A stretch of DNA of 64,000 nt from a bacterium (GTDB taxonomy: Bacteria; UBA8248), in NCBI GenBank assembly GCA_965221165.1, contig CBDCRP010000003.1, positions 512,001 to 576,000 on the forward strand, given 5' to 3'. The position numbers and the translations under genes are program-made. The notes under the pieces are model-generated. The model did no database searches, was not told the DNA's origin, and saw only the letters and a list, made by a program, of their open reading frames with translations. This document shows, piece by piece, positions 52,726-62,261 of the stretch (the first letter of the stretch is position 1; each line of letters starts with the position of its first letter).

Positions 52726-53802
52726 TTATCCCGCCGATAAGTTGCGCCTGGCTTGTACGAACACCACCGTGAGCACGATGATGGCCTGAAAGACGAACAC
52801 CGCGGCGCCCGGCAGTCCGATGCTGCGCTGCAGTGAATCGGAACCCGAGACCAGCACGGCGAACACCGCGGCGGCTATCGTCACCCCCAGCGGGTTGTTG
52901 CGCCCGATGACCGCGATCAGGATGGCCATCGCGCCGTAGTTGGGCGCGCCCTCCGCCCCGCTGATCCCCAGAAGAAGGCTCTGGTGGAATCCCGAGACCT
53001 CGATGGCCCCGGCCAGACCCGAGAGCGCGCCGCAGGTCGGCATGATGATCAGGGTGATGCGCGCGACGTTGATTCCCCCAAAACGCGCGGCCCGGGGGTT
53101 GTCCCCCACCGCGCGGATCTCATACCCGACGATGGTGCGCGTCATCAAGAAATACATGCCGAGAGCCGCCGCCAGCGCGATGATGAAGCCGAAGTGCGCG
53201 CCCGATTTCGGCATGACCTGGGGCAACACGGAAGCGTCGGGGATCGGGAGCGAGATGGCTTCTCCCGCCAGGGGGTCGTTCCAGGGGCCGTTGGCGAGGT
53301 AATCCACCAGATAGAGCGCTACGAAGTTCAGCATCACCGTCACGAAAATCTCGCTCACCCGGAAGCGCACGCGCAGGATTCCGGGAATGAATCCCCAGAA
53401 CCACCCGCCCAGAATGCCGCCCAGCATCCCGAGCGGAACGAATATCGGCCAGGGCAGGTTCAAACCTTCTAAAGCAAAGGCCGTGCCCGTCATGCCGATC
53501 GCGCCCGCGTATATCTGCCCGTCCACGCCGATGTTGAAGTGGCCCCCCCGCATCCCGAAGGCGACCGCGAGCGAGGCGAGCAGAAGCGGGCAGAATTTGT
53601 TCAAGGTCTGAGCGAATCCGCCCCACGTGCCGAGCGAGGAGCGCAAAACGGTCCCGAGCGCGACGAGCACGTCCCCGCCGAAGGCGACGATGAAGATTGC
53701 GCCGCACGCCAGGGCCAGTATAGCCGCCGTCGAGTAGGTGATCGCGATTTCAATGGCCGCTTTTTTCTTCTCGCTCACACTCGCCGCGCTTAAACTCGCC
53801 AT
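52726..53802 (-). CDS. ABC transporter permease (nucleoside/purine, BPD_transp_2 type)
   Basis: FNIGVDGQ, SEIFVTVMLNF, GYEIRAVGDNPRAA. Confidence 0.88.
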   Translation of the reverse strand: MASLSAASVSEKKKAAIEIAITYSTAAILALACGAIFIVAFGGDVLVALGTVLRSSLGTWGGFAQTLNKFCPLLLASLAVAFGMRGGHFNIGVDGQIYAGAIGMTGTAFALEGLNLPWPIFVPLGMLGGILGGWFWGFIPGILRVRFRVSEIFVTVMLNFVALYLVDYLANGPWNDPLAGEAISLPIPDASVLPQVMPKSGAHFGFIIALAAALGMYFLMTRTIVGYEIRAVGDNPRAARFGGINVARITLIIMPTCGALSGLAGAIEVSGFHQSLLLGISGAEGAPNYGAMAILIAVIGRNNPLGVTIAAAVFAVLVSGSDSLQRSIGLPGAAVFVFQAIIVLTVVFVQARRNLSAG

Positions 53803-53803
53803 T

Positions 53804-55354
53804 TTAAGAACCCGCCCCCTGTTTGTGGCCCGCCATGAGGGCGCCTATCTGGTAGATGTCGTACTCGGGGCCGTCAAAAGCGCCTGAAATCTCCCCCGCA
53901 TAGATCACGACGATGCGGTCGCTCATGAGGCGAAGCTCGTCCAGGTCTTCTGATATCAGCAACACCCCGGCTCCGCCCGCGCGAAGCTCCCGCAGTCGGC
54001 CGTGGACGAACGATGCGGCCATGACGTCGAGACCGCGCGTGGGGTTGTTGGCGATCATCACCTTTCCGCCGGTCTTGTGGGCGAGCATGACCGAGCGCGC
54101 CACGATGGTCTTCTGGATGTTTCCGCCCGAGAGATGCGCGGCGGGCACGTGCTCGTTTCGAGCCAGGATGTTGAATTCCGCGATGGCGTTTCTGCCCATC
54201 TCATGGACGGCCTCGCGCTCGAATATTCCGCGCCGCTTGAAGATGTGCGGGTGCAGGCCGAGCACGAAATTCTCCGCAAGGCTCAGGCCCGGCAGAATCC
54301 CCTCCTCGATCCTGTCCTGCGGCAGGAGGCTCATCCCCCGCGCGATGCGCCCCGACACCGAAAGGTTCGATACTTCCTCGCCGTCGATGTGGACCTCGCC
54401 CTCTTCTATTTCGATGAGCCCGGCCAGGGCTTCCGCCAGTTCCTTCTGGCCGTTTCCCGAGATGCCCGCCATGCCGACGATGAGCCCCCGGGGGACGTCG
54501 AAGGCGACGTCCTTGAGAGGAACCCCCCACTTCGCCGAGGTGCGCACCCCCTGGACGGACAAAGCGGGATGTCCCTCCCGGGCCGCCGAGGGTCCGGTCG
54601 GCCGCTCGCCCTCGGGAGGCATGCCGCGCTCGCCCATCATCATCTGGACGAGTCTTTCGCGGGTGGCCTCTTCGCGGGGGATCGTGTCGATCTTCAGCCC
54701 GCCCCGGAAGACGGTGATCCGGTCGCAGTTGTCCAGAACTTCTTGGATTTTGTGCGTGATGAAGACGACCGTCAGACCCTCCTTGGCGAAGGACTTCAAG
54801 ATGGAGAACAGGCCGTCCACCTCGTGGGGGGTTAGCATGGTCGTCGGCTCGTCCAGAATCAGGATGTCCGCGCCGTGATACAGCGCCTTCAGGATTTCGA
54901 CCTTCTGCTGAATCCCGGCGGGAAGGGTTTTCACCTGCTCATCGAGCGGGATGGAGAGGCCGTAATTCGCCGCAAGCTCCTCCACGGAACTGCGCCGGGC
55001 GTCCACGTCGAGCTTCCAGCGCGAGCCCTCTTGTCCGAGCAGAATGTTCTCGAGCGCGGTGAAATTGCCGATCAACTCCACGTGCTGGTGAACCATCCCG
55101 ACGCCGACCGCGATCGCATCCTGGGGCGAGCGGATCTCCACCTCGCGCCCTTCGATCGCAATCTGTCCATCGTCCATGCGGTAGAGGCCGCTCAGGATGT
55201 TCATGAGCGTGGTCTTGCCCGCGCCGTTCTCTCCCAGGAGGGAGTGGATCTCCCCCCTGGCGGCCTCGAAGTCCACCGCGTCGAGGGCGCGGACTTCCCC
55301 GAAGGATTTGCTGACGCCGTACATCTCGACGCGGGAATTCATTTTTTCCGTCAT
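53804..55354 (-). CDS. ABC transporter ATP-binding protein (tandem domains)
   Basis: GENGAGKTT, ILDEPT, LSGGNIQK, PTRGLD, ISEDLDE. Confidence 0.92.
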   Translation of the reverse strand: MTEKMNSRVEMYGVSKSFGEVRALDAVDFEAARGEIHSLLGENGAGKTTLMNILSGLYRMDDGQIAIEGREVEIRSPQDAIAVGVGMVHQHVELIGNFTALENILLGQEGSRWKLDVDARRSSVEELAANYGLSIPLDEQVKTLPAGIQQKVEILKALYHGADILILDEPTTMLTPHEVDGLFSILKSFAKEGLTVVFITHKIQEVLDNCDRITVFRGGLKIDTIPREEATRERLVQMMMGERGMPPEGERPTGPSAAREGHPALSVQGVRTSAKWGVPLKDVAFDVPRGLIVGMAGISGNGQKELAEALAGLIEIEEGEVHIDGEEVSNLSVSGRIARGMSLLPQDRIEEGILPGLSLAENFVLGLHPHIFKRRGIFEREAVHEMGRNAIAEFNILARNEHVPAAHLSGGNIQKTIVARSVMLAHKTGGKVMIANNPTRGLDVMAASFVHGRLRELRAGGAGVLLISEDLDELRLMSDRIVVIYAGEISGAFDGPEYDIYQIGALMAGHKQGAGS

Positions 55355-55418
55355 AACGCCTTCCGTTCGGAGCGCCCCCACCCTCGCTCGCAAGTCCGGG
55401 AGGGGGCGCTCACATCTT

Positions 55419-56420
55419 CTATTTCGCCAACATGACCTTTTTCATCACGAGCCGGGGCTTGATAGCTCCGTTGCGCACCTTTTCATACGTCTCTTTGGTT
55501 CTCTTCATGGCCTCGGCGGATACGTTCCCCAGCGAACCGAGCTCGAAGCCGTTCCCCGAGCGCATGGCGACGTATCCCCCGGGGGATCCTTTCAGGATTC
55601 CTTCCATGACCTGCCGGTAGGGAGGCCGGAAGTCGATGATCAGCGTGCCCGCGAAATGCTTGGGCGCCTTGTCCGTCTTGTCGGTGTAGAACGTGGTGAT
55701 CAGCACCTTGCGCTTCGCCTTCTTGGCGGCCTCTGCCACCCCGTACACGCCCAGGTTCACCATGTTGATGATGAAGTCCACGCCGCCTGCGATCATGGCG
55801 TCGGCGGTCTGGCGCGCCTTGACCGGATCGTTCTGGTTTCCGGTGAAGGCGTAGGAGAGCTTCGCCTTTGGGTTGGTCGCCTTGAGGGCGTCCGAGATGG
55901 TGTTGATGGAAGCCTTGAAATCCGGAAGCGGGATTCCCACGATGACGCTCACCTTGTTCGTCTTCGTGGCGAGGCCGGCAAGCACGCCGAAGGGATAGAA
56001 GGCCTCGAAATAGTGGCGGTGAATGTTCCAGACGTTTCCGGGAACCTTGAACTTGCCCGAACTCTCCATGACGAAAGTCACTTCGGGGAATTTCGGCGCC
56101 AGCTTCTGCACGAGCCGGACGTATTGTCCGCCGTGGAAACCGATGATGGTGAAGCCCGAGGAGATGTACTCGCGCGCCACCCGCTCGGCGTCCGCCGGGG
56201 AGATGCGCTCGGAGTAGGAGGTTTCGATCTTGAACCTCTTCTTGATGTCCTGGGCGACCTCATAGCCCCGGAAGTTGTAGTCCGCATCCTCGATGGGTCC
56301 GGGCAGGATGACGGCGAACTTGTGGGCCTTCGCGGCGAGCGCCGGGACGGCCAGGGTCAGGGATAGGGCCGCGAGCGCGGCGGCGGCGAAGAACAATCGG
56401 CGTGTCCATTTGGTTTTCAT
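55419..56420 (-). CDS. BMP-family substrate-binding protein
   Basis: Signal peptide, ILPGPIEDADYN, ATKTNKV, AMIAGGVDFI; GGAG before ATG at 56420. Confidence 0.82.
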   Translation of the reverse strand: MKTKWTRRLFFAAAALAALSLTLAVPALAAKAHKFAVILPGPIEDADYNFRGYEVAQDIKKRFKIETSYSERISPADAERVAREYISSGFTIIGFHGGQYVRLVQKLAPKFPEVTFVMESSGKFKVPGNVWNIHRHYFEAFYPFGVLAGLATKTNKVSVIVGIPLPDFKASINTISDALKATNPKAKLSYAFTGNQNDPVKARQTADAMIAGGVDFIINMVNLGVYGVAEAAKKAKRKVLITTFYTDKTDKAPKHFAGTLIIDFRPPYRQVMEGILKGSPGGYVAMRSGNGFELGSLGNVSAEAMKRTKETYEKVRNGAIKPRLVMKKVMLAK

Positions 56421-56466
56421 TTCACACTCCTCCTTGATGAGAAAGCACATTATCCCGGGCGCGGGC

Positions 56467-57408
56467 TCAATCCCGGGTTTCACGGTCGTAAGGCCTCGTA
56501 AGCGCGCGGGGGCTCTCGGCGCCCCGCGCGACCTGGACCAGAACAATCATGGCGAACACGTACGGCAGCATCAGCAAAAACTGCGGCGGAATGATTTTGG
56601 CGAACTGCGGCAGGGCGTTCACCTTGAACTGAAAGGCGTCCACGTAGGCGAAGAGCAGCGCGCCGACGAACGACCATACCGGAACCCACCGCCCGAATAT
56701 CACCAGCATCAGGGCGAGCCACCCCCTTCCGTTCACGATGTTGTCCGTGAACGAGCCCGAGATCACGAGCGGCAGGTATGCCCCCGCCACGCCCAGAAAA
56801 AGTCCGCCCACCGCGCACGCGCCGTAGCGCATGCGGGCGACGTCGATCCCCACCGTGTCCGCCGCGCGCGGGTTTTCCCCGCAGGCGCGCAGCCTCAGGC
56901 CCAGCGGCGTCTTGAAGAGGAAAAAACTCACCGCCGCTACCAGGAAATAGGACATGTAGACGAGTCCGTTCTGCGCGAAGAAAATCTCGCCGATGTAGGG
57001 GATTGCGCCCAGAAGCGGGATTTTTATCTCTTGTAATGTCGGCACCTGGGGGATGGATTGCACGACGCCCACCGCCAGCCGGTAGATGGTGGGCGATACC
57101 CCCAGTCCCAGGACGAATATTCCCAGCCCGATGACGATCTGGTTCGCGCGCAGTGTGATGGAGAAATACGCCAGAAGCAACGTCAGCACGCTCCCCGAGA
57201 GCGCCGCGACCATGCAGCCGATGACCGCGCTGCCCGAGTAGTAGGTGAGCAGAAAGCCCGTCACCGAGCCGAGCGTCACGATGCCCTCGATGCCGACGTT
57301 CAGAATCCCCGAGCGTTCGATGATTGTCTCGCCCAGGCACGCGATGATGAGCGGCGCCATCATGAGCATAGTGAGCTGGAAAAGGGATATATCGAACAAA
57401 AGGGACAA
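56467..57408 (-). CDS. ABC transporter permease
   Basis: GETIIERSGILNVGIEG, GLRLRACGENP, GRGWLAL, LPYV; start approximate. Confidence 0.88.
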   Translation of the reverse strand: MSLLFDISLFQLTMLMMAPLIIACLGETIIERSGILNVGIEGIVTLGSVTGFLLTYYSGSAVIGCMVAALSGSVLTLLLAYFSITLRANQIVIGLGIFVLGLGVSPTIYRLAVGVVQSIPQVPTLQEIKIPLLGAIPYIGEIFFAQNGLVYMSYFLVAAVSFFLFKTPLGLRLRACGENPRAADTVGIDVARMRYGACAVGGLFLGVAGAYLPLVISGSFTDNIVNGRGWLALMLVIFGRWVPVWSFVGALLFAYVDAFQFKVNALPQFAKIIPPQFLLMLPYVFAMIVLVQVARGAESPRALTRPYDRETRD

Positions 57409-57770
57409 GAAGGCGTACTCCCCGCAGTGGTATGAAAATGTGAACACTCGTCTCCGCGCGCCGCTTCCCGGGAGACGGGGCATATTGTCCTTGTGGCTTG
57501 GCGGTCAGTATGCCTCATGTATTTCTCAAATTCAAAATACCGCCTTTATGTTTCCGGCGTGTAACGCGGATTTTTCCTTTCCAATTTTTCATTCCGTTCC
57601 CTCTAATCAGCCTCGGCGCGCCGTCCGCCGCGTTGCGTTCGCGATGAAGGCGGATGCGTTGCCCGCCGCGTTCGGTTCATACATAATGCGCCCATTGCAC
57701 ACGCTTCCCTATGAACCGACTGCCAAGATGGAGATCGTTTCTTTTCTTCGTCCAAAAGGAGACCTCCGAA

Positions 57771-58487
57771 ATGGAATTGATCGATCTGAGCATGGAAATA
57801 TACCGGGACATGCCGATTTACCCGGACCTGCCCGGCCCCTCTCTCACCGTCGATGAAGACTGGGACACCGTGGCCCGGCGCACGGGCTCGATCAACTACG
57901 GCGCCCCCATCGTGACGAACCACTGCGTCATCTTCATGAGCGACCACACCGGAACGCACATCGACTCTCCCTGGCACAACAACCCCGAGGGCTTCACGAC
58001 TGAGCGCATCCCGATAGAATGGTGCATGTCGGACGGCGTGGTTCTCGATTTCACCGACAAGGAGGCGGGCTACGCGATCACGGCGGCGGACCTGGAAGGC
58101 GCGCTCCGGAAGATCGACTACACGCTCAAGCCTTTGGACATCGTGCTCATCCGCACCGACGCGAGCGTGGACTGGCAGACGAACCCCGACTACACGATGA
58201 ACCAGCCCGGCATGAGCGCCGAGGCGACCCACTACCTCATCGACAACGGCATACGCGTGATGGGGATCGACGCGAGCGGCTGGGACGTTCCGATCTGGAA
58301 GATGCACGAGACGCGCAGCTACTGGGAAGCCCACCGGGTCATGCTCGAGAAGGACTACTGCCACATGGAGAACATGGTGAACTTGAACCTGATCCCCAAG
58401 TCCCACGGGTTCAAGCTCTCGGTGCTGCCCATCAAGTTCCGAGGCATGTCGGGCTCCCCCATTCGCGCGGTGGCGATCATCGAGTAG
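57771..58487 (+). CDS. Cyclase-family (kynurenine formamidase-like) metallohydrolase
   Basis: LIDLS, HTGTHIDSPWH (HxGTHxDxPxH), MGID, HMEN, GSPIRAVA. Confidence 0.9.
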   Translation: MELIDLSMEIYRDMPIYPDLPGPSLTVDEDWDTVARRTGSINYGAPIVTNHCVIFMSDHTGTHIDSPWHNNPEGFTTERIPIEWCMSDGVVLDFTDKEAGYAITAADLEGALRKIDYTLKPLDIVLIRTDASVDWQTNPDYTMNQPGMSAEATHYLIDNGIRVMGIDASGWDVPIWKMHETRSYWEAHRVMLEKDYCHMENMVNLNLIPKSHGFKLSVLPIKFRGMSGSPIRAVAIIE

Positions 58488-58512
58488 CCCTCGGGCAACT
58501 GGAGCGAGTGAA

Positions 58513-60069
58513 ATGGCGCTGGCCGTCCGCGTCCTGGCAGGCGCGTACCACGATTCGGTGAAGCTCATGCGCATCAGCGCCTCCGCGTGCGAAAGGCCGG
58601 GGGTCCGGAGGGCGGTGGCCCTCATGGGCACGCCGATGAATCTGGAGCAACTCGCATCGAGCGGCCTGTTGGCGGAAGAAGCGAAAGGCGCCGGCCCGAA
58701 CGACCTCGTCCTCGCCGTGGAGGCGGATGGCGCAAGCGCGGCGCAAAAAGAACTCACCATTATGGAAGCGGCGCTCACAGCCCCCCGCACGGGCGCGGGA
58801 GCGGGCGCGTTCGCGAACCTCTCGGCGCCCACTCTGGATGCCGCGCTCGACAATGACCCTCTCATCAACCTGGCGCTTTTCTCGATTCCGGGCGCAAGCG
58901 TGCGCCGCGAGGCGGAGCGCGCGCTCAAAAAAGGTCTCCACTGCCTCATCTTCAGCGACAACGTGACTGTTGAAGACGAGGTGGCGCTCAAGCGCATGGG
59001 GCGCGAGCGGGGTCTGCTCGTCATGGGTCCCGACTGCGGCACGGCGCACATAGGCGGCGTGGGCCTCGGGTTTTGCAACGTCATGCGCCCCGGCGGAATC
59101 GGGATCGCGGGCGCGGCGGGAACGGGGATTCAGGAAGCCATGGCCGCCATCGACGCAAGCGGCGGCGGAATCTCCTGCGCGCTCGGGACTGGCGGGCGCG
59201 ACGTGTCGGACGCGGTCGGTGGGCTCGCCATGATCCAGGCTATTGAAACTCTTAGCGAAGATACGGCGACGGAAGTTCTCCTCGTTCTCGGGAAACCGCC
59301 CGAGGCCGCCGCGATGGAAAAAGTGTTGGAGACGACTGCGCGAAGCGCAAAGCCCGCCGTCATTCACTTCGTCGGAGGCCGGAGCGAGGATGTCCGCAAA
59401 CATCCCGGTCTTCACGCGGCCGATTCGCTGGCCGCGGCGGGAAGGCTCGCGGCATCTCTGAGTGAAGGGCGCATCGACGCAGCAGCTCCTGAAATCGACT
59501 CTGAAACGAGAGAAAGAATCGCCGAATGGAATCGCGCGCGCGCGCAGGGGCGGAGATTCCTGCGCGGCGTCTACACGGGCGGAACGCTGTGCGCCGAGGC
59601 GCAGGCGCTCATCGGAAGAACCGTGGCGGGGATTCGCTCCAACGCGCCCCTCGATAAAGCGGGCGGCAAGATGGCCGACCCCATGAAATCACAAGGCCAT
59701 GCGGTCGTGGATATGGGGGATGACCTCTTCACGCGGGGAAAACCCCATCCCATGATCGAGCCTGCGCCGAGGAACACGAGACTCCTTCAGGAAGCCGAAG
59801 ACCCCGAGACGGCGGTGGTGCTCCTAGACTTGGTACTGGGGTTGGGCGCGCATGATAACCCGGCGGAAGAGGCGGCGGGAGCGATCGAGAGTGCGCGAGA
59901 ATCGAGTCCCGGCGTCTTGTTCATCGGCTCCGTCACGGGGACGGAGGGCGACCCGCAGGGTTTGGAGGCCCAGCGCGTCCGGCTGGCCGAGGCCGGAGCC
60001 TTGGTGGCTGATACCCACGCCGGGGCGTGTCTGGCCGCCGCCGCCGCACTCGAGGAGCTTGTCGAGTGA
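58513..60069 (+). CDS. fdrA: FdrA (AllF-like), succinyl-CoA synthetase-related protein
   Basis: YHDSVKLM, MGTPMN, IFSDNV, MGPDCGT, GTGIQE, GGTLCAEA, DMGDD..T.GKPHPMI. Confidence 0.9.
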   Translation: MALAVRVLAGAYHDSVKLMRISASACERPGVRRAVALMGTPMNLEQLASSGLLAEEAKGAGPNDLVLAVEADGASAAQKELTIMEAALTAPRTGAGAGAFANLSAPTLDAALDNDPLINLALFSIPGASVRREAERALKKGLHCLIFSDNVTVEDEVALKRMGRERGLLVMGPDCGTAHIGGVGLGFCNVMRPGGIGIAGAAGTGIQEAMAAIDASGGGISCALGTGGRDVSDAVGGLAMIQAIETLSEDTATEVLLVLGKPPEAAAMEKVLETTARSAKPAVIHFVGGRSEDVRKHPGLHAADSLAAAGRLAASLSEGRIDAAAPEIDSETRERIAEWNRARAQGRRFLRGVYTGGTLCAEAQALIGRTVAGIRSNAPLDKAGGKMADPMKSQGHAVVDMGDDLFTRGKPHPMIEPAPRNTRLLQEAEDPETAVVLLDLVLGLGAHDNPAEEAAGAIESARESSPGVLFIGSVTGTEGDPQGLEAQRVRLAEAGALVADTHAGACLAAAAALEELVE

Positions 60070-61484
60070 ACCCGAAAAAACTGCTGGAGGGCGTTCGCGT
60101 TGCGAACATCGGAGTGGAGTTGTTCGCGGAAAGCCTCGTTTCGCAGAATGCGCCCGTTGTGCAGGTGGACTGGCGTCCCCCCGCCGGAGGAGACCCGGAC
60201 ATGATCGAACATCTCGACCGGCTGAGCGTTTGCGATGCGGCCAACGATGCCGCGATAGAGCGCCTTCAGGCCGCAAGGCCCGTGTGGGCGGATATAGGCG
60301 TCGCCATCGAGGAGGTACCCGGCATGGGAGAGCGAACCCTCCTGCACTCAGGGCCTCCCATCACCTGGGAGAGAATGTCCGGCCCCCTGCGCGGCGCGAT
60401 GATAGGGGCGGCCCTCTTGGAGGGCTGGGCGAACGATGCGGACGCGGCGGAAAGACTCTGCGCGAGCGGAGAAATCGCTTTTGAGCCCTGCCACCACCAT
60501 TCGGCGGTGGGGCCGATGGCGGGCGTGGTGTCGCCCTCGATGCCCGTGAGCGTCATCGAAAACCGCGCGGCCTCTGAACTCGGGGGCGGCAACAGGGCCT
60601 ATTGCACCTTGAACGAGGGCTTGGGCAAGGTGCTGCGCTACGGCGCGTATTCGCCCGACGTGCTGGCGCGCCTCCGCTGGATGGCGGACGAACTGGCCCC
60701 CGCCCTGCGCGCGGCGCTGCGAGCGACCCCCGAGGGACTCGACGTCAAGAACGTCATCGCGCGCGCCCTGCACATGGGCGATGAGGCGCACAACCGGAAC
60801 CACGCGGCGACCTCCACGGTGGCCCGCGCCCTCATGCCCTACCTCGCGGATTCTGTGAGCGATACGAAGGTGATCTCCCGCGTGGCGGAATTTTTCGCCG
60901 GAAACGATCATTTTTTTCTGAATCTGGCGATGCCAGCCGCCAAGGCGAGCCTCGACACCATGCCGGGGATCGAGGGCTGCTCTTTGGTCTACGCCATGTC
61001 GCGCAACGGAACGGATTTCGGCATCAGAGTGGGCGGCCTGGGAGACGCTTGGTTCACCGCGCCAGCGAAGCACCCGGTCGGCCTGTTCTTCCCGGGCTAT
61101 TCCCAGGAAGACGCAAATCCCGACATCGGCGATTCGGCCATCATGGAGACCTTGGGCGTCGGCGGATTCGCGATGGCCGCAGCGCCCGCCATCGTCGAGT
61201 TCGTGGGAGGCTCGACCGCCGAGGCCTTTCAGGCGACGAACGAGATGTACGGAATCACCTGGGCGAGGAGCCGCGACTATACCCTCCCCGTATTCGATTT
61301 CGCGGGCGTCCCGACCGGAATCGACGTCCGCAAGGTGATCGAGACGGGCATATACCCCAACATCAACACCGGAATCGCCCACCGCGATCCAGGCGTAGGA
61401 CAGATAGGCGCGGGCGTTCTGCGCGCGCCCGAGGAGCCGTTTCAAAAGGCCTTCGAAGCCCTCGCCGAGAAGATGGGCAGGTAG
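60066..61484 (+). CDS. DUF1116 protein (YlbE/AllG-like)
   Basis: QVDWRPPAGG, LLHSGPP, VGPMAG, LHMGDEAHNRN, SRNG, PDIGDSAI.ET, INTGIAH; GTGA overlap with fdrA. Confidence 0.9.
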   Translation: MNPKKLLEGVRVANIGVELFAESLVSQNAPVVQVDWRPPAGGDPDMIEHLDRLSVCDAANDAAIERLQAARPVWADIGVAIEEVPGMGERTLLHSGPPITWERMSGPLRGAMIGAALLEGWANDADAAERLCASGEIAFEPCHHHSAVGPMAGVVSPSMPVSVIENRAASELGGGNRAYCTLNEGLGKVLRYGAYSPDVLARLRWMADELAPALRAALRATPEGLDVKNVIARALHMGDEAHNRNHAATSTVARALMPYLADSVSDTKVISRVAEFFAGNDHFFLNLAMPAAKASLDTMPGIEGCSLVYAMSRNGTDFGIRVGGLGDAWFTAPAKHPVGLFFPGYSQEDANPDIGDSAIMETLGVGGFAMAAAPAIVEFVGGSTAEAFQATNEMYGITWARSRDYTLPVFDFAGVPTGIDVRKVIETGIYPNINTGIAHRDPGVGQIGAGVLRAPEEPFQKAFEALAEKMGR

Positions 61485-61853
61485 TAGGGACGGACCCCTT
61501 CTCCGGGTTGTTCCACAGGTCGAGACTTGTCCTTACGGTGAGAGAGCAATAGAGTTGTCATTCCGATATCATTTCCCACCGTCATTCCGGCGAATGCCGG
61601 AATCCAGCGACTTTGCCTTTTGTTTTTCACCGTCATTTCCAACCAATGACGGAGAAAAGGGAATGCCGTAATATCTTCATCTTATCGGTTCTGGTCAACC
61701 TTTCGGTTGCCACCAGCATGCGCCGGAATGACGAGCAAAGGCGAAGATCGCTCCCCCCCTTGCGGGTCAAATCCTCCCTCTTCGGGGTTGTTGAACAGCC
61801 CCGAGAAGGGAGGGTTTGCAATGGGTTTGTAGGGTCAGACATATAGGTCTGCC
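61484..61853. repeat. REP cluster (CGTC pair, hairpin-family pair, GTAG REP)
   Basis: cgtcattccggcgaatgccggaatccag at 61580-61607; 61716-61733; inverted pair at 61768-61819; gtagggtcagacatataggtctgcc at 61829-61853. Confidence 0.75.
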
Positions 61854-61958
61854 ACTCCCCGTGGTTGTCCCTCCCCGGGCGGACGCGAACCGGACAGGCA
61901 CGGGGCCTTTCTCTACGCAATACCCGCCATCCCCATCTGCTTCCCCCCATCGCCTAGC

Positions 61959-61987
61959 TTGACAGGGAACGGCCCGAGCCATACGAT
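61959..61987 (+). promoter_or_regulatory. sigma70-type promoter for the Liv-type ABC operon
   Basis: TTGACA-N17-TACGAT. Confidence 0.65.
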
Positions 61988-62157
61988 TTCTCTAACTTCA
62001 CAATACAGAACCGGATTCGAGAAAGCTTCCTGCACGAAACCAGGAGGCGCTTGTGATGGATTCACCCTCTCTCCTGCGAAGGCCGTCCTCTCGAAATCCG
62101 TCCGCGCGGTCCGCGGGCGGCAAGCCGTCTTCCACATCGAGTCCAGGGATAAATCGC

Positions 62158-62195
62158 AGCGCCCCGGCGGATTACCGTCCGGGCGCTTTTCTTTT
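62158..62195 (+). terminator. Terminator-like hairpin inside the 5' leader
   Basis: AGCGCCC...GGGCGCT stem with inner pairing, followed by TTTCTTTT. Confidence 0.55.
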
Positions 62196-62261
62196 CAAAG
62201 GGGGCCGCAGCGCCCGAAGCCTTCCTCCGGCGATGCGGACCCTTCATTTGGAGGAACAAGA

